Shown here piece by piece: positions 1-8,647 of a stretch of 64,000 nucleotides of DNA. The DNA comes from Candidatus Nomurabacteria bacterium (GTDB taxonomy: Bacteria > Patescibacteriota > Minisyncoccia > Phycocordibacterales > UBA9973), in NCBI GenBank assembly GCA_016199805.1, contig JACQGC010000004.1, forward strand, positions 19,816 through 83,815. Direction: 5' to 3'. Below the pieces are notes generated by a model, which was given only the letters and a program-made list of their open reading frames with translations, did not search any database and was not told the DNA's origin. The position numbers and the translations under genes were made by a program. Position 1 is the first letter of the stretch; each line of letters begins with the position of its first letter.

Positions 1-66
1 TCACGAGAAACACCAAAAGGACGAGAAAAACCCTTTTGACTATACTTTTTCTGTTTACGAAAAATT

Positions 67-453
67 CTAAGATTTTTTCGCCACAATTCTTTTGACGCCC
101 AGGCTTTTAGCCATTTTTGCGCAGGCCGGACAAGGAGTCGTTTTGCAATACATCGTGGCTCCTTCCAAAGGAAGGCCAAATTTTAAGGCTTGAGTAATCG
201 CATTTTGTTCGGCATGAATGGTTCTCATGCAATTCCCGGATTTCATGTCGTGGCCGACTTCGTTGCAGTGAGGCAGCCCGGAAAGCGAACCGATATAACC
301 GGTGGAAACAATTCTATTTTCTTGAGCAAGGACGCATCCGCTGCCACCCTTGTCACAAGTGGCGCGTGAACCGACACTTTCGACTATCTGCAAAAAATAT
401 TCATCCCAAGTCGGTCTCTTATTTTTTATTATTTTTTTCGTAATTTTTTTCAT
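67..453 (-). CDS. comEB: dCMP/cytidine deaminase (ComEB-like)
   Basis: HAEQNA zinc-binding motif and PCPACAKM motif; N-terminal RPTWDEYF typical of dCMP deaminases. Confidence 0.85.
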   Translation of the reverse strand: MKKITKKIIKNKRPTWDEYFLQIVESVGSRATCDKGGSGCVLAQENRIVSTGYIGSLSGLPHCNEVGHDMKSGNCMRTIHAEQNAITQALKFGLPLEGATMYCKTTPCPACAKMAKSLGVKRIVAKKS

Positions 454-458
454 AAAAT

Positions 459-1481
459 TTAGATAGTTTTTTTACTGCAAGAAGCTGTGATTGTAAACGG
501 CATGGACATTTCACTGATTAAAATCCCCGTATCAGTCGTCTCTATCCCCTGCGGGCTATCTCCTGTGACGGCCGGACTGATTTTAAGGTGTAAATGATAT
601 TGTCCTCCTGCCATACCGGTAAGATCGCAAGATCTTTTCAGCGCATCCCCGACCGCGTCTTTTGTATCAAAAGATTTCATGGTAAAAATTCCTCCGGAAA
701 CAATGCTTACACCCGAAGCATCCATCCCATTGTAATTATCCAGGTTGTTGTTTTCATCCAGGTAAAATCTGTATAGATAAGCATTGATTGTTTTAGCTGT
801 GTTGTTCTTCAACACTACGTTTAAAGTATTTCCGGAAAATGGGTAAGTGAGTTGCGCCGATGGAGTGGCAGACATAGAAACAATTTGTAAGGGTGCGTTT
901 GTGTTCTGTGAGTTAGCGGGCGCACTTGATTTAATTTTGGTCGTCGGCGCTGGTGATTTAATTCCGTAATCGAGCGAGGCTTTCATGTCGTATTTCCAGT
1001 CGCCTCCTTCTTGAATGAAAACTATGTTTTGAGTCGGCTTTTGGTTTGCGGGTCCCCCTTTTGTGGTTATGGTTGCCACGATATTATTCTGATCCAATTG
1101 AGAAACACTATCCACAATAAACGAAGTGACCGGAACAGTTTTGGTCTTACTGTCCAAAATTAACTTCGATGTTTCAAGAGATGCATACTTGGCAATGACG
1201 GTCTTGTCACCCGCGAGAAAACCGGCACTCATCCCTTCCAGGGCAACCTTGACCTTGGCGACATCGGGATTTTCCGTCTGGACAACGGGTGCGGCTGGGA
1301 CCCCTTCCTGATTAACCACTGGCGCAACCACGGCATTGTTTGTTTTTGGCTTACTGAAATATTTAAAAGCATACCAACTCGCTCCGGCCAAAATAGCGAC
1401 TAGCACTAAAATAAGAATAAACTTCTTCCAGTGTTTTGGTTTTGGGGTTATAAAATTTGGTGGCAGTTGTTGATTGTCCAT
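459..1481 (-). CDS. hypothetical membrane-anchored protein (N-terminal TM helix, Thr/Ser/Asn-rich ectodomain)
   Basis: Long ORF; hydrophobic segment FILILVLVAILAGASWYAF near the N-terminus; no recognisable catalytic motif. Confidence 0.45.
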   Translation of the reverse strand: MDNQQLPPNFITPKPKHWKKFILILVLVAILAGASWYAFKYFSKPKTNNAVVAPVVNQEGVPAAPVVQTENPDVAKVKVALEGMSAGFLAGDKTVIAKYASLETSKLILDSKTKTVPVTSFIVDSVSQLDQNNIVATITTKGGPANQKPTQNIVFIQEGGDWKYDMKASLDYGIKSPAPTTKIKSSAPANSQNTNAPLQIVSMSATPSAQLTYPFSGNTLNVVLKNNTAKTINAYLYRFYLDENNNLDNYNGMDASGVSIVSGGIFTMKSFDTKDAVGDALKRSCDLTGMAGGQYHLHLKISPAVTGDSPQGIETTDTGILISEMSMPFTITASCSKKTI

Positions 1482-1516
1482 TTTATTTATTTTTAACTTA
1501 ATAATGAAAACTAAGT

Positions 1517-1846
1517 TTATGGATCTTCGTCGGTTTTGATGCGGATGAAAACATCGTTGCCTTCGGGAGATTTTGTTTTTTTATACTTTCTGTTTTTATT
1601 TATTTCTATTTTTCGAAGCAATTCTTTTTCTAAATCAAAACCCATGTCTTCACACATGCCCAGGATGAAAATCATCACGTCGGCAAATTCTTCGGCCACG
1701 CCCGGCTGGTTTTTGTTGTGCTTGGAAAAGGCCTCGGAGAGCTCTTCGTGCGCGCGGCAAAATTCCAAAGCAGTATTGGTAAGATTGAAACCCTTTTCCA
1801 CTTTGTTGCGCATCACTTCTTTTTGTAAAACCTTTAGGTCAATCAC
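1517..1846 (-). CDS. MazG-like nucleotide pyrophosphohydrolase (small single-domain type)
   Basis: EExxE/D acidic helix pattern (EELSEAF...EEFADVMIFIL) resembling YpjD/MazG small proteins. Confidence 0.5.
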   Translation of the reverse strand: MIDLKVLQKEVMRNKVEKGFNLTNTALEFCRAHEELSEAFSKHNKNQPGVAEEFADVMIFILGMCEDMGFDLEKELLRKIEINKNRKYKKTKSPEGNDVFIRIKTDEDP

Positions 1847-2601
1847 CTATTAAATATACCCCGTAGTGAAGTTTTTTGCAAAATCTTACTACCGGGCAGG
1901 CTCCCAAAAAGCGGTAAATACAAATCATCTTTGATGTTTATTATCAATTCTTGCCTGTTTGTCTTTTTGGTAAATTTAACCGGGGGCTTGTTTATCAGGG
2001 CCAGTGGCTGTGTTTCTTTTCCTTCCCCCATACACAGCACTGCCGCAGTTGCCAAACTGTCGGCCACATCGGTTTTGGACATCTTCAACACCCTGCCAAA
2101 AATGTCTTTTTCGCCTATATAATTCTTGATACCTTGGAAACCGGCATAACCCAGGGCCACGCCCACCACCCCGGAACGCAGAGGGAAAATACGGCTGTCG
2201 GTAATCAGCACGCCGAAGTTTTTAATTTTGAATATTTTTTTTAATTTATTCCTTATAAAATCCGCGGAGTCAAAACTATCCTTGGGCAAGAGAATGAGTT
2301 TACCGTTTGCATTGGACTCATCTATCCCCGCCGAGGCCATGACCATGCCGTCTTTGATAGTCAGCCAGACGAGTTTGGTTTTTATGGCCAAATCACTTTC
2401 TTGCTTTATAAGCTTAACTTTCTCTGCTTTATTTTTATATTCCACTGTTCTTCCTTCAGCCAGAGCCACGATTTTCGAAGTCACCACCAAAATGGAATTC
2501 TCAAGATTCTTTTTGGGAATTTTCTTTATATATTGGAGAATAAACTCGGGCAAGTCTTCGTTCTCCTTAAATATTCTGGTTTTGATTGGTGTAATTTGCA
2601 T
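1843..2601 (-). CDS. CofE-like protein (F420-0:gamma-glutamyl ligase family fold)
   Basis: N-terminal ITPIKTRIF..EDLPEFI..VVTSKIVALAEGR pattern typical of the CofE/FbiB family. Confidence 0.45.
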   Translation of the reverse strand: MQITPIKTRIFKENEDLPEFILQYIKKIPKKNLENSILVVTSKIVALAEGRTVEYKNKAEKVKLIKQESDLAIKTKLVWLTIKDGMVMASAGIDESNANGKLILLPKDSFDSADFIRNKLKKIFKIKNFGVLITDSRIFPLRSGVVGVALGYAGFQGIKNYIGEKDIFGRVLKMSKTDVADSLATAAVLCMGEGKETQPLALINKPPVKFTKKTNRQELIINIKDDLYLPLFGSLPGSKILQKTSLRGIFNR

Positions 2602-3247
2602 CTGATTTTTGACTCGATCCTTTTAACAAACGAATTCCCAAATACGAAAGCGGGGTGTATAAAAATCCCATAAATATTTTATAAGCCCACCAGGGAATAA
2701 TAATTAAAATTATAGTTTTGACCGGCAAAATACCCAAATAAGCGATAAACATAAAAATAGCCGAGTCGAAAAACTCCGACCAGATGTTGGACAAATTGGA
2801 ACGCAGCCAGAATTTTTTCTCGCCAATTTGTTTCTTTAGAAAGAAAAAAGAAATCACGTCTTGATATTGACCCACGGCAAAAGCAACCAGTGAGGCAATG
2901 GAAAAACGCACCGACAGCCCGAAAATTTGATTGTACCCATCATGTACCCAAAGACCTTCCTTTGCCCAAGGGGTAATTGTTGAAACTAAAGAATAGAATA
3001 AAAACAAAAGAATGCTTATTATTCCGGCCCAAACAAAATTATTGGCCATTTTTTTGCCGTAGACTTCCCCGATGACATCGGTCATGCAAAAGACAATCGG
3101 AAAAGAAAAAACCGCCACCGAAAGATGGGTGCCAAAAAGAAACGGCATCAATTTTATTCCGAGAGTATTGGCCGCAAAAAGAGAACCGACATAAAGGGTC
3201 AAACAAATAAGAATTTTTTTATAGTCTCGGTCAGTAAGTTCCTGCAT
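2567..3247 (-). CDS. multi-pass membrane protein, YhhQ/VUT-family-like (queuosine-precursor transporter family)
   Basis: ~226 aa with 6 predicted TM helices and a conserved VIGEVYG segment. Confidence 0.35.
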   Translation of the reverse strand: MQELTDRDYKKILICLTLYVGSLFAANTLGIKLMPFLFGTHLSVAVFSFPIVFCMTDVIGEVYGKKMANNFVWAGIISILLFLFYSLVSTITPWAKEGLWVHDGYNQIFGLSVRFSIASLVAFAVGQYQDVISFFFLKKQIGEKKFWLRSNLSNIWSEFFDSAIFMFIAYLGILPVKTIILIIIPWWAYKIFMGFLYTPLSYLGIRLLKGSSQKSDANYTNQNQNI

Positions 3248-3284
3248 TTTACTTTATAGACTTTATAACTTTACAAACTTTTAA

Positions 3285-3707
3285 CTATTTTACTTCTATC
3301 CCCATACTTCGGGCGGAGCCGGCGATGATATTGATTATGCCTTCGTCGTCTTTGGCATTCAGGTCAACTAATTTTTTCTTTCCTATTTCCAGAGCTTGAG
3401 CTCGGGTGATTTTACCCACCTTGGTGGTGGCGTTCTTGCCGGAACCCTTTTCCACTCCAGCAGCCTTTAGAATAAGGCCCGTAGCGGGAGGAGTTTTGAC
3501 GACGAAATCATAGCTGCGGTCTTCGTAGACGGTAATAGACACACCGACTTTGTCTCCGGCCATCTTGGCGGTTGCAGCGTTAAACTTGGTGACGAAGTCA
3601 CCGATGTTTATACCGGCCTGTCCGAGGGCAGGACCGAGCGGGGGTGCCGGGGTTGCCTTGGCGGCTTGGATTTGTAATTTAATTTTTTTGGTTATTTTCT
3701 TTGCCAT
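3285..3707 (-). CDS. rplK: 50S ribosomal protein L11
   Basis: [16 protein letters not shown] and KTPPA motifs, length 140 aa, classical secE-nusG-rplK context. Confidence 0.95.
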   Translation of the reverse strand: MAKKITKKIKLQIQAAKATPAPPLGPALGQAGINIGDFVTKFNAATAKMAGDKVGVSITVYEDRSYDFVVKTPPATGLILKAAGVEKGSGKNATTKVGKITRAQALEIGKKKLVDLNAKDDEGIINIIAGSARSMGIEVK

Positions 3708-3816
3708 CCCAGTACTAAAATTTTTATTAATAATTAACTAACTTAATCTATACTATTTTGTCCCATTTGTCTATTTTTCTTTATATTGCCTATGTAGAAA
3801 TTTAGTACGGGACAAG
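3708..3816 (-). promoter_or_regulatory. conserved bipartite upstream element (variant copy) abutting the rplK start codon
   Basis: CCCAGTACTAAAATTTTT immediately 3' of the start codon on the plus strand, and AAATTTAGTACGGGACAAG ~90 nt away; the arms are an imperfect inverted repeat. Confidence 0.5.
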
Positions 3817-3823
3817 TATGATT

Positions 3824-4369
3824 TTATATCTTTTTTATCTGTAAAAAGTCGAGTTCAACCGGAGTTTCACGACCGAACATTGAAACCAACACTTTTACTT
3901 TTCCTCGGTCTTGGTCTACGGAGTTTACCTTACCCTCCAGTTCCTTGAATGGACCATCGGTAATGCGAACCGTCTCACCAATCTCCATTTCGATATTATG
4001 TTTGGTGGTACCGGCATCCATCTTTTTGAAAAGATAATCCACTTCTTCCTTTTTGAGAGGCACCGGATTTACTCCCGCGCCGACGAAACCGGTCACTCTG
4101 GGAGTGTTTCTGACTACATACCAGGAATCATCCGTTACAATCATATCTACCAACACGTAGCCGGGATATATCTTTTCTTCCACTTCCACTCGCTTGCCAC
4201 CTTTTATCTTTATTTTCTTTTCAATCGGAACGATGACGTTGAAAATTTTGTCATTCATGCCAAGAGAGTCTATGCGCTGCTTCAAATTACGTAGAACAAC
4301 GTTCTCGTATCCGGCATAAGTGTGTATGGCGTACCAATTTCTAATTCCCTCGTTTTCTTGTTTTGACAT
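3824..4369 (-). CDS. nusG: transcription termination/antitermination factor NusG
   Basis: NGN domain start WYAIHTYAGYENVV and C-terminal KOW region; gene order secE-nusG-rplK. Confidence 0.95.
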   Translation of the reverse strand: MSKQENEGIRNWYAIHTYAGYENVVLRNLKQRIDSLGMNDKIFNVIVPIEKKIKIKGGKRVEVEEKIYPGYVLVDMIVTDDSWYVVRNTPRVTGFVGAGVNPVPLKKEEVDYLFKKMDAGTTKHNIEMEIGETVRITDGPFKELEGKVNSVDQDRGKVKVLVSMFGRETPVELDFLQIKKI

Positions 4370-4443
4370 CCCAGTACTAAAATTTTAATTAATAATGTTT
4401 ATCGTTATGCCCCGTAATCAAAAATTTAGTACGGGACAGGTTT
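4370..4443 (-). promoter_or_regulatory. conserved bipartite upstream element (canonical copy) abutting the nusG start codon
   Basis: cccagtactaaaattttaatt...cccgtaatcaaaaatttagtacgggacaggtt; near-identical at both ends to the copy upstream of tsaE. Confidence 0.55.
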
Positions 4444-4448
4444 GATTT

Positions 4449-4634
4449 TTAGCCTATGATTTTCTGCAAGACTTGTGAAAAAATAAAATCCCAAATCCCC
4501 AAGTAATAAGCTACTACTACGGACAAAACAATGACTATCAAAGTATAGTATAAAGTTTGGTTCCTGGTCGGCCAAATTACGTGTTTGAGTTCTGTTTTTG
4601 TCTCCTTAAAATACTCGGTTATTTTTGATCCCAT
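4449..4634 (-). CDS. secE: preprotein translocase subunit SecE
   Basis: 61 aa; KETKTELKHVIWPTR followed by a single TM helix; position upstream of nusG. Confidence 0.85.
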   Translation of the reverse strand: MGSKITEYFKETKTELKHVIWPTRNQTLYYTLIVIVLSVVVAYYLGIWDFIFSQVLQKIIG

Positions 4635-4667
4635 AAGAAAATTTAAATACTAAAGTTTGGTGATACT

Positions 4668-4700
4668 TTTTGCCCTGTTGATTTTCTAACGGGACAAGCA
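4668..4700 (-). promoter_or_regulatory. diverged copy of the upstream element (ccctgttgattttctaacgggacaag) upstream of secE
   Basis: Shares the ttgattttctaacgggaca core with the copy upstream of rplS (16896-16922). Confidence 0.4.
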
Positions 4701-4705
4701 TATCT

Positions 4706-4728
4706 CTTTTAAAAAAGCCCCCTTTCAA
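4706..4728 (-). terminator. rho-independent terminator downstream of the SIMPL-domain gene
   Basis: Minus-strand hairpin AGCCC-TTGAAAGG-GGGCT followed by TTTTTT. Confidence 0.55.
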
Positions 4729-4765
4729 GGGCTCTTTTAACAGTACTATCTTTCAGTCCAAAATG

Positions 4766-4844
4766 CAACCCCCTAAATCCCCCTTGTCAGGGGGACTCCC
4801 CAATTTTCCATCCCCTGATAAGGGGAGGGTTAGGGAGGGGTTGT
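4766..4844. repeat. GC-rich palindromic element with terminal inverted repeats CAACCCC/GGGGTTG and two internal hairpins
   Basis: TCCCCC-TTGTCA-GGGGGA and TCCCCT-GATA-AGGGGA hairpins; GGTTAGGGAGGGGTTG tail resembles other family members. Confidence 0.6.
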
Positions 4845-4846
4845 AT

Positions 4847-5710
4847 CTATCTTATTTCGTAAGTTATAGAGACATTTGATGTAATCTTGTTTTCTCCTGT
4901 CGGAAGTATCGGGGATGGAGCGGCTGAAGGAGCCACACTATCCAAGGCCATGCCTTTTGATGCATACATCATAGGATAATTGCCGTTTTCGGAGAAATTA
5001 ACAATTCGGACAAGGTGCACTCCGAGGTCGGAAGCCAGAGTTTTTGCTTTAGCTTGCGCGTCGTCTATGGCAATCTTGCGGGCTTGTTCGGTCAACTTGT
5101 CTTGGTTCTCGATTGAGAAACTAGGTCCGTTTAAGTTTGAAATCCCGACATTGGTAATACCGGATACAATATCCCCGGCTTTTGTCAAATCATGAACTTT
5201 CACGGAAATATTTTCAGAAACTTCATAACCGGTCAAAATTGATTTTCCTGGTGGACAGTAAACTGGAACGTAAGAAGAAACTGCACCCGAACCCGAAGAG
5301 ACCGAACCCGAATTCATCATAGGCACAGCAGGATATTGCGGACAAATGGAGTTCCGATATTCATACTTTGGATAAGAATTGTAATTCTCTGTCTTGATGT
5401 CTTTTTTGGCTATGCCACTTTTATCCAAGAAAGCCAGCACCGCTGCTTCTTTGGTGGTCACTTTGGTTTGAGCATCTTTCGCCAAAGTTGCGTCTTCCTG
5501 AATGGTAAAACTGATTGTGGCCAAATCCGGAGTACCGGAGACATCTCCTGTTCCGTTGAAGGTCATGGTGTTGGAAGCCGTGGCACCTCCGCCGATATAA
5601 TTGTACCCCTTCACTTCAGTGATTATTTTAGTAGCGTAATATGCCGTCAAAATAATTAGTAAAACAAAACCTGCTTTCAATAAACGAGACTTTTCTATAC
5701 TTTGTTCCAT
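4847..5710 (-). CDS. SIMPL-domain (DUF541/YggE-like) secreted protein
   Basis: N-terminal TM/signal, characteristic ISFTIQEDATLAKDAQTK...ENISVKVHDL...ARKIAIDDAQAKAKTLA SIMPL architecture. Confidence 0.7.
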   Translation of the reverse strand: MEQSIEKSRLLKAGFVLLIILTAYYATKIITEVKGYNYIGGGATASNTMTFNGTGDVSGTPDLATISFTIQEDATLAKDAQTKVTTKEAAVLAFLDKSGIAKKDIKTENYNSYPKYEYRNSICPQYPAVPMMNSGSVSSGSGAVSSYVPVYCPPGKSILTGYEVSENISVKVHDLTKAGDIVSGITNVGISNLNGPSFSIENQDKLTEQARKIAIDDAQAKAKTLASDLGVHLVRIVNFSENGNYPMMYASKGMALDSVAPSAAPSPILPTGENKITSNVSITYEIR

Positions 5711-5737
5711 ATAATAATTCCCGCCGAAGCGGACAAG

Positions 5738-6241
5738 TTATTTTTTAATTCCTAATAATTCTACTTCAAAGGTCAAAGTGGCGTTTGGAGGAATGACTCC
5801 GCCGGCGCCCGCGGCTCCGTAACCATCGGCTGGCGCTATCACCAAAGTTTTCTTTTCACCGACTTTCATTCCTACTATTCCTTTATCCCAGCCAGGAATT
5901 ACTTGTCCGGCACCCAAAGTAAAAATAAAGGGCTGGACGTGTTTGAATTTCGGGTCAACATTTGAATCGAAAACTGTGCCGTCTGCTAATCGTCCGGTGT
6001 AATTCATCGCAACCGTATCACCTGTTTTTGCCACTGTGCCGAGTGGAGCGGAACCCTCGGGAACTTGCCCTGTCGGAGCGGGAGTGGGAGTTGCGTTGTC
6101 TGCTACATTATTTACTGAGTTGTTTGTATTATTATTTACTGCCATATTTGGTTTATTTTTTATACTGATAAAAACTATAGCACCTATTAAAACCAGACAA
6201 ATTACCACTGCCAAAACTATATTCATCTTTTTATTTTCCAT
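5738..6241 (-). CDS. FKBP-type peptidyl-prolyl cis-trans isomerase, membrane-anchored
   Basis: GDTVAMNYTGRLADGTVFDS...GAGQVIPGWDKGIVGMKVGEKK...ATLTFEVELL FKBP signature; N-terminal TM helix. Confidence 0.9.
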   Translation of the reverse strand: MENKKMNIVLAVVICLVLIGAIVFISIKNKPNMAVNNNTNNSVNNVADNATPTPAPTGQVPEGSAPLGTVAKTGDTVAMNYTGRLADGTVFDSNVDPKFKHVQPFIFTLGAGQVIPGWDKGIVGMKVGEKKTLVIAPADGYGAAGAGGVIPPNATLTFEVELLGIKK

Positions 6242-6294
6242 TTAAATTAAAAAGTTAACTTCTAATAAATCTATTATAGCAAAAAGTAAGAACT

Positions 6295-7371
6295 TTACAC
6301 AATATTGACTTCGGGCTTTAATTCCAGCCCAAATTTTTCTTTCACCGAGGCTATGATTTTATTGGCCAATTCGATGATTTCTTCACCTTTTGCGCCACCG
6401 TGGTTTACCAAAACCAAGGCTTGCTTGTCGTGCACGCCGACATTCCCCATCCTTCTCCCCTTCCAACCGCATTGCTCTATCAGCCATCCGGCTGGAATTT
6501 TGTACTGTATTTCCCCCCTCTCCTTCGCAAGGAGAGGGGTTGGGGGTGAGGTCATATTTTCTTCTTCAAAGTGTGGAATTTCCGGATATTTTTTTTTGAG
6601 TATTTCCAATTCTGTTTTCGTCACAAAAACATTTTTAAAAAAGCTTCCGGCGTTGCCTATTATTTTCGGGTCGGGTAGTTTGCTTCTGCGTATCTCTGCC
6701 ACAGCGTCGCTGATATTTTTAAGTGTTGTTGTTTTGTTGGTTTTTTCCAAATAATCAGACAGAATCTTGTAAGAAACGTTTGGCTTTGGTGTCTTGCTTA
6801 ATTTTAAAGTCACTGCCGAAATAAAATATTTTCCTTTCAATTTATTTTTAAAAACACTATCCCTATAGCCAAGTTCGCATTCTTCACAGCTAAAAATTTT
6901 TTTCTCTCCGCTCTCAATCTCAAAAGTTTCCACACTAAAAAGAGTATCTTTGAGTTCGGCTCCGTAGGCGCCAATGTTTTGCATCGGCGCCGCACCGACT
7001 GTACCCGGAATGAGAGACAAGTTTTCAATTCCCCAATATCCTTTATCTACGGCAAACAACACAAGACCATGCCAGCTTTCACCGCCCATCGCTCTAATAT
7101 AAACACACTCTTTCCCGACCCCTGTCGGGACCCCGACTTTGGTCGGGGCTATACCTTTTACTTTATTTAAAATAACTATACCGTCGAAATCTTTTGTAAA
7201 AAGAACATTACTTCCACCACCCAAAAATATTTTTTTGTTATTTTTAAATTCAGGCGTCGCCAAAAGTTCTTTCAAGTCTTCTTCTGAATTTAACTCGACA
7301 AAAAACTTGGCGTTTACAGAAATACCGAAAGTGTTTAATTTAAGCAGATTGTAATTATTTTCTAATATCAT
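6295..7371 (-). CDS. murB: UDP-N-acetylenolpyruvoylglucosamine reductase MurB
   Basis: LGGGSNVLF, GIENLSLIPGTVGAAPMQNIGAYG and GNAGSFFKN motifs; start taken at MILENNYN (the ORF-track N-terminus overlaps the upstream gene); contains an in-frame palindromic insertion. Confidence 0.9.
   Translation of the reverse strand: MILENNYNLLKLNTFGISVNAKFFVELNSEEDLKELLATPEFKNNKKIFLGGGSNVLFTKDFDGIVILNKVKGIAPTKVGVPTGVGKECVYIRAMGGESWHGLVLFAVDKGYWGIENLSLIPGTVGAAPMQNIGAYGAELKDTLFSVETFEIESGEKKIFSCEECELGYRDSVFKNKLKGKYFISAVTLKLSKTPKPNVSYKILSDYLEKTNKTTTLKNISDAVAEIRRSKLPDPKIIGNAGSFFKNVFVTKTELEILKKKYPEIPHFEEENMTSPPTPLLAKERGEIQYKIPAGWLIEQCGWKGRRMGNVGVHDKQALVLVNHGGAKGEEIIELANKIIASVKEKFGLELKPEVNIV
6511..6553. repeat. 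palindromic element copy inserted in-frame in murB
   Basis: cccccctctcc-ttcgcaa-ggagagggg followed by ttgggggtgaggt; translated in murB as MTSPPTPLLAKERGEI. Confidence 0.65.
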
Positions 7372-7372
7372 A

Positions 7373-8647
7373 TCAATGTCCCAATGTAAAAAACATCGCC
7401 ACTGCCGCTGCCCCCATAAGCACAAAAGTACCCCAGACTAGTATGTTTGATACATTACCACTCTTGTGTTCACCCATGATTTTTTCGTTCCTGGCTATCT
7501 TGCCGATTATAAAGATAAGTGGAACGGCGGCTACGCCATTGAATACAGCGGTATAAACCAAGGCTTTAATCGGGTCTATGCCAATGAAATTTATCATCAA
7601 GCCGACAATGGTGGCGATAGTGATGACTCCATAAAATCCATGAGCTTTTTTTAATTTCAAATTCAAACTTTCTTTCCAATTTAAAGTTTCGGCGACGGCA
7701 TAAGAAGCGGAAGCGGAAAGCACCGGCACGGCCAGGAGTCCGAGCCCGATGACTCCGACGGCAAAAATCAACTTGGCTAAAAATCCCGCATATGGAAATG
7801 TATGCACCAAGGGCTCCAGGGCTTTGGCCGCGTCCGCGGCGGTGGCGATATTGGTTATGCCATGAGTGTTTAGGACTGTGGCAGCAACGACGATGATACA
7901 CCATGTGGCTATTTCCGAAGACAGCATCCCGACAAAATTATCAATTCTAAGATTTTTGAGAAAAGATTTTGTAATATGTGTCTCGCCGTGTTTTAAGAGG
8001 TGCTTAGCTCGTTCTTCTTCCACTTCTTCGGACGCTTGCCAAAAAAACATATATGGGGAAATAGTCGTTCCGAAGACACCAGTAATGATAAAAAGAAAAG
8101 CAAAACTCAATTCAATATGCGGAATGAAGGTGGCTTTTAATATCGTCAACCAGGGTTGTTTGACTAAAAATAAAGTCAAAGGATAAGCGAGCAAAGAAAA
8201 AGCCAGCCATTTCAAAATCTTGGCATATTTTTTATAGGAGATAAATATTTCCAGTGACAAAATCAGGGCGGTAAAAAAAAGTGTCAGCACTGTCAGGTTG
8301 ATTGGCAAAACAAGCTGCGCGGCGGCCGCCATCGCCCCCAAATCTGCTCCGATATTGATCGTATTGGCTAAAACAATAAGGACGACTGCCGCATAAAGCA
8401 TTTTCTTGCTGTAATTTTCTTTAATCACGGCGGCAATTCCTTTGCCAGTTACCGCCCCGATTCTGGCGCAAGCCTCCTGAATGGCGGTCATAAACGGCAA
8501 TAGCAATAAAGCTGTCCAGAGTTGCCCATAACCAAATTGCGAACCGGTCTGCGAATAAGTGGCGATGCCCGAAGGGTCATCATCCGCCGCGCCGGTAATA
8601 ATCCCCGGCCCCAGTTTTTTCCAAAAGCTTTTTCTCATATATTTCAT
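7373..8647 (-). CDS. NRAMP-family divalent metal cation transporter (MntH-like)
   Basis: GPGIITGAADDDPSGIATYSQ N-terminal signature resembling the Nramp GPGxLxxxAxxDPGN motif; 11-12 TM helices. Confidence 0.65.
   Translation of the reverse strand: MKYMRKSFWKKLGPGIITGAADDDPSGIATYSQTGSQFGYGQLWTALLLLPFMTAIQEACARIGAVTGKGIAAVIKENYSKKMLYAAVVLIVLANTINIGADLGAMAAAAQLVLPINLTVLTLFFTALILSLEIFISYKKYAKILKWLAFSLLAYPLTLFLVKQPWLTILKATFIPHIELSFAFLFIITGVFGTTISPYMFFWQASEEVEEERAKHLLKHGETHITKSFLKNLRIDNFVGMLSSEIATWCIIVVAATVLNTHGITNIATAADAAKALEPLVHTFPYAGFLAKLIFAVGVIGLGLLAVPVLSASASYAVAETLNWKESLNLKLKKAHGFYGVITIATIVGLMINFIGIDPIKALVYTAVFNGVAAVPLIFIIGKIARNEKIMGEHKSGNVSNILVWGTFVLMGAAAVAMFFTLGH

Noticed and set aside
7566-7904. 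ORF 7566-7904 (-), Arg/His/Cys-rich 112 aa
   Set aside because: It lies entirely inside the NRAMP-family gene in an alternative frame. Its composition (RRCCHSPKH..) is typical of an off-frame reading of GC-rich membrane-protein codons.
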